NCBI GenBank assembly: GCA_026129095.1
Contig: JAHCIT010000001.1
Location: forward strand, 558,245 to 618,770
Length of the DNA: 60,526 nt
Direction of reading: 5' to 3'
DNA from: Deltaproteobacteria bacterium
GTDB lineage: Bacteria > JAGRBM01 > JAHCIT01
In this document: positions 58,094 through 60,526 of the stretch, one piece after another
Layout: every line of letters begins with the position of its first letter
How positions within the stretch are numbered: the stretch's first letter is position 1
Position numbers and translations under genes: made by a program
The notes under the pieces: generated by a model
What the model was told of the DNA's origin: nothing
The model's input: only the letters and a program-made list of their open reading frames with translations
The model's database searches: none

Positions 58094-59371
58094 TCATACT
58101 ACCTTCGTATCCGGAACCGAGAACCACCGGCCGAGATCCCGCGCCTGGGCCAATTCAGCAATCGAACCATATGGTCCCACAACCGCAGCGTTCAGCCGAA
58201 AAAGATTCCTGTCCAACCGTGGTTTTTCGATACGGGCATTTTCTACCGGAAGCCAGGGCTGATAAGGATCGAGAATACAGACTGCAGCCTGGGCTTCCCT
58301 GAAACCGGGAGAAAGCTCCTCCAGCATCTGCAATGCGATCTGTCCAAGCCGACTGTCCGAAGCAGCCTGCGATTCCTCGGCTACTCTTCGAAAACTCACG
58401 ATGATTCGTTCCCTGTCGGCCCCATGAGGTTCACGGCCAATCCAGACAATCCGGGGACCACTTTCGGCGTCTGGCAGCCCGCTCCGGCACCAGATAGCAC
58501 GAGGGCCAACAGCCGGATCCAGTGCTTCCCGTGACGTGACAATTTCAATGGCGGTGAGCCCCAGAAACCGCTTTGACAGGGATCTGGCCAATGGAAATCC
58601 TGCGGGCTCTTTCTCCCCCAGAACCAGTGTATCCGTCCCGGTGGTTTTTCCGCTGCCGGCCCATTCGACCGTAAATCCCCTTTCGCGTGGTGAAATCCGG
58701 TGAATGGTACCATCGGCCATCTCGACGCCAGCCTGACGGACTGCATCCTGCAGGCCCTTACGGACCGCGGTCGCAGCAGGACCAGCAACCCAGGTCTCAC
58801 CAGCTTCTCCATGAAGAAGAGACGCTGTGCTTGAGGGTTCATAACCTCCCGACATCGCTGCTCCAGTCAGTTCCAGCAGACGCCTGAGGCGTGGATATTC
58901 ATCAAGCGCCCCAGTTAGTGAGGCTGGGGCTTCGACTTTTACTGTCCGGCCAAGCCGTGAACGAAACCAGCCTTGCGGTGCAAAACGGCCGGGCCTTAAG
59001 AGTGACGCGGTAAATGACCGCGCAGCTGTGTCCAGATACACGCCAGATCCAAACACCCGCTGCCATTCACCTTTCCCGCGCCGGCGGTCCGTCCACCAGT
59101 GAAACCGGAAATCTGGTGAGATCACCTGCACATTACTCTGCGGAGCAATACGTTCTACCTGCTGGCGAACCGGATCCGGCAGAAGCCCATCAAAGGCAGC
59201 CGCGAGGGCCGCGGTATTCAATGCGCCAAACCCCGGCAACAGATGCCCGTCTTTTCCGTTATTGCTGCCCTTGGTCACCAGAACCCGGCGTCCAGACCGG
59301 GCTGCATGCCAGGCCAGAACGAACCCGCCGGGACCGGAGGAATCAATTATAATGTCATAATGGGATTTCAC
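58094..59371 (-). CDS. Divergent phytoene-dehydrogenase-like (FAD-fold) protein
   Basis: YDIIIDSSGPGGFVLAWHAARSGRRVLV resembles a Rossmann start with an altered GxGxxG. Confidence 0.6.
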   Translation of the reverse strand: MKSHYDIIIDSSGPGGFVLAWHAARSGRRVLVTKGSNNGKDGHLLPGFGALNTAALAAAFDGLLPDPVRQQVERIAPQSNVQVISPDFRFHWWTDRRRGKGEWQRVFGSGVYLDTAARSFTASLLRPGRFAPQGWFRSRLGRTVKVEAPASLTGALDEYPRLRRLLELTGAAMSGGYEPSSTASLLHGEAGETWVAGPAATAVRKGLQDAVRQAGVEMADGTIHRISPRERGFTVEWAGSGKTTGTDTLVLGEKEPAGFPLARSLSKRFLGLTAIEIVTSREALDPAVGPRAIWCRSGLPDAESGPRIVWIGREPHGADRERIIVSFRRVAEESQAASDSRLGQIALQMLEELSPGFREAQAAVCILDPYQPWLPVENARIEKPRLDRNLFRLNAAVVGPYGSIAELAQARDLGRWFSVPDTKVV

Positions 59372-59407
59372 TGCGAGTCAGCTGTACCACAAGAAATGAA
59401 GGGGCGC

Positions 59408-60469
59408 TTAGGTCCGCATCCGGAAAATCCGGAGTTCCAGCTCGCGCACGGCCTTCTCTGTCTCTCTGTCCATTGGGCCCAGCTTCCGGCATTCCTCAAG
59501 GATTTCCATGGCCCGGACGGCATCACCTGTCTCAAGGTATGCTTGAGCAAGCGTGTGCAGAATGGACGCCGATTGCCGATCGGACAGTTCCGCTGCCTTT
59601 TCGGCAAGCGCGAGCGCCCGGCCGTAGTCACGAAGTGACTTGTCTGCGAACGTCAGGAGATACCATGCCTGATTATTGATCAATGTCGCGTTACCGGGAA
59701 ACAGTCCAGCCCCCTGCTCTAACGGTGCGATAGAAGCCTCCTCCTCACCACCGAGGCGGAGCGCCTCTGCCCAGTAGATATAGTAGCTGTCGAAATAGGG
59801 ATTGAGGGCGGAGCAGGTCTGAAACAGCCTGGCTGTCCCGCGCCTGATACCTCCAAATCCCATCCGCACAATCAGTTTGCAGGCCTTCAGGGCATCCACT
59901 TCCGCATCGGTGAGAAGCCGGGCGCTGTCACCCATCCGGAAAGTGCCGGCAATCCGAACGGCAGCGGAACGGTATGTCCCCAGCTCATCCAGCCCGAACT
60001 TCTCGTAGGCCGTCAGCAGAAAAGTTTTTCCCTTCTGCGCCACCAGGATAAGGCTTAAATCGCCTTCCTGACCCTCCCTGGGAATGCTTTCCATGCCATA
60101 GAGCCGGGCTTGTGGTTCGGCATAGTAGATCTCTCCCAGCCCATATGGCCGCACAAGACCGGATGCAAACTGCGGGGCAAGAACCCGCGTCTCAAAGTCG
60201 TGAAGAAATTCTTCAAATGACAAAGATGTATGGCGCCGGATAAAGCTGATCTTGCGCTGCCGGTCGACAGCAAAGACGGTCGTATTCTCTTCGGGGGTGG
60301 AGATTCGTTCCATCTCGCCAAGCGGCGACAGTTCAAACTGTAGAAAGCTGTCCCGGTAAACAGGGGCGTTTTTCAGATCATCCGGCAGCTGGATAGATGC
60401 GGCTTTTCCGCCGCAAGACAGCATCAGCAGGAAAAGCAGAAACCCGGCAACACAAGCTCCATGGCGCAT
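59408..60469 (-). CDS. TPR-containing lipoprotein
   Basis: Lipobox LSC; NNQAWYL...ALALAEKA...ILHTLAQAY. Confidence 0.8.
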   Translation of the reverse strand: MRHGACVAGFLLFLLMLSCGGKAASIQLPDDLKNAPVYRDSFLQFELSPLGEMERISTPEENTTVFAVDRQRKISFIRRHTSLSFEEFLHDFETRVLAPQFASGLVRPYGLGEIYYAEPQARLYGMESIPREGQEGDLSLILVAQKGKTFLLTAYEKFGLDELGTYRSAAVRIAGTFRMGDSARLLTDAEVDALKACKLIVRMGFGGIRRGTARLFQTCSALNPYFDSYYIYWAEALRLGGEEEASIAPLEQGAGLFPGNATLINNQAWYLLTFADKSLRDYGRALALAEKAAELSDRQSASILHTLAQAYLETGDAVRAMEILEECRKLGPMDRETEKAVRELELRIFRMRT

Positions 60470-60472
60470 GTT

Positions 60473-60526
60473 TCATTGTGACGGACCGGCGTCGAGGGTG
60501 CCAACGGTCAGCACAGCTTTTGCCAG
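60473..60526 (-). CDS. Probable 3' end of an upstream CDS truncated by the window edge
   Basis: Open frame LAKAVLTVGTLDAGPSQ* ends 3 bp before the next ATG. Confidence 0.35.
   Translation of the reverse strand: MAKAVLTVGTLDAGPSQ

Noticed and set aside
1-60526. CRISPR arrays, tRNA/rRNA genes, IS elements, prophage or defence systems
   Set aside because: No spaced repeats, cloverleafs, transposase, integrase, phage or nuclease-effector motifs seen by eye

Overview
A 60.5 kb stretch of core chromosome from a moderately GC-rich Gram-negative bacterium. Gene content (PilZ/TIGR02266, MshEN-REC-TPR, pilGHI-like ABC cassette, Hanks kinase + PP2C, ArsA-like pair, thyX, LpoB) suggests a deltaproteobacterial-type lineage (Myxococcota/Bdellovibrionota/Desulfobacterota-like; inference). 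It holds about 58 densely packed CDSs: fatty-acid beta-oxidation genes, a P-type ATPase, smpB, panBCD, pyrR-pyrB-pyrC-carA-X-carB with a complete PyrR attenuator, greA, thyX, rmlD, RNase HI, many lipoproteins and signalling proteins. I found no tRNA, rRNA, CRISPR array, transposase or prophage. The most unusual element is a ~245-nt, highly structured, GGA-rich non-coding RNA candidate between smpB and panB (7840-8089). It has its own sigma70-like promoter, upstream GAAC/GTTC operator repeats and mutually exclusive pairings, and I could not assign it to a known RNA class. Other items of note are a lipoprotein gene that appears to need a CTG start codon coupled to greA, two unrecognised repeat proteins, an orphan pilGHI-like cassette and several pseudo-enzymes. 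All family assignments come from motif recognition by eye, not database searches.
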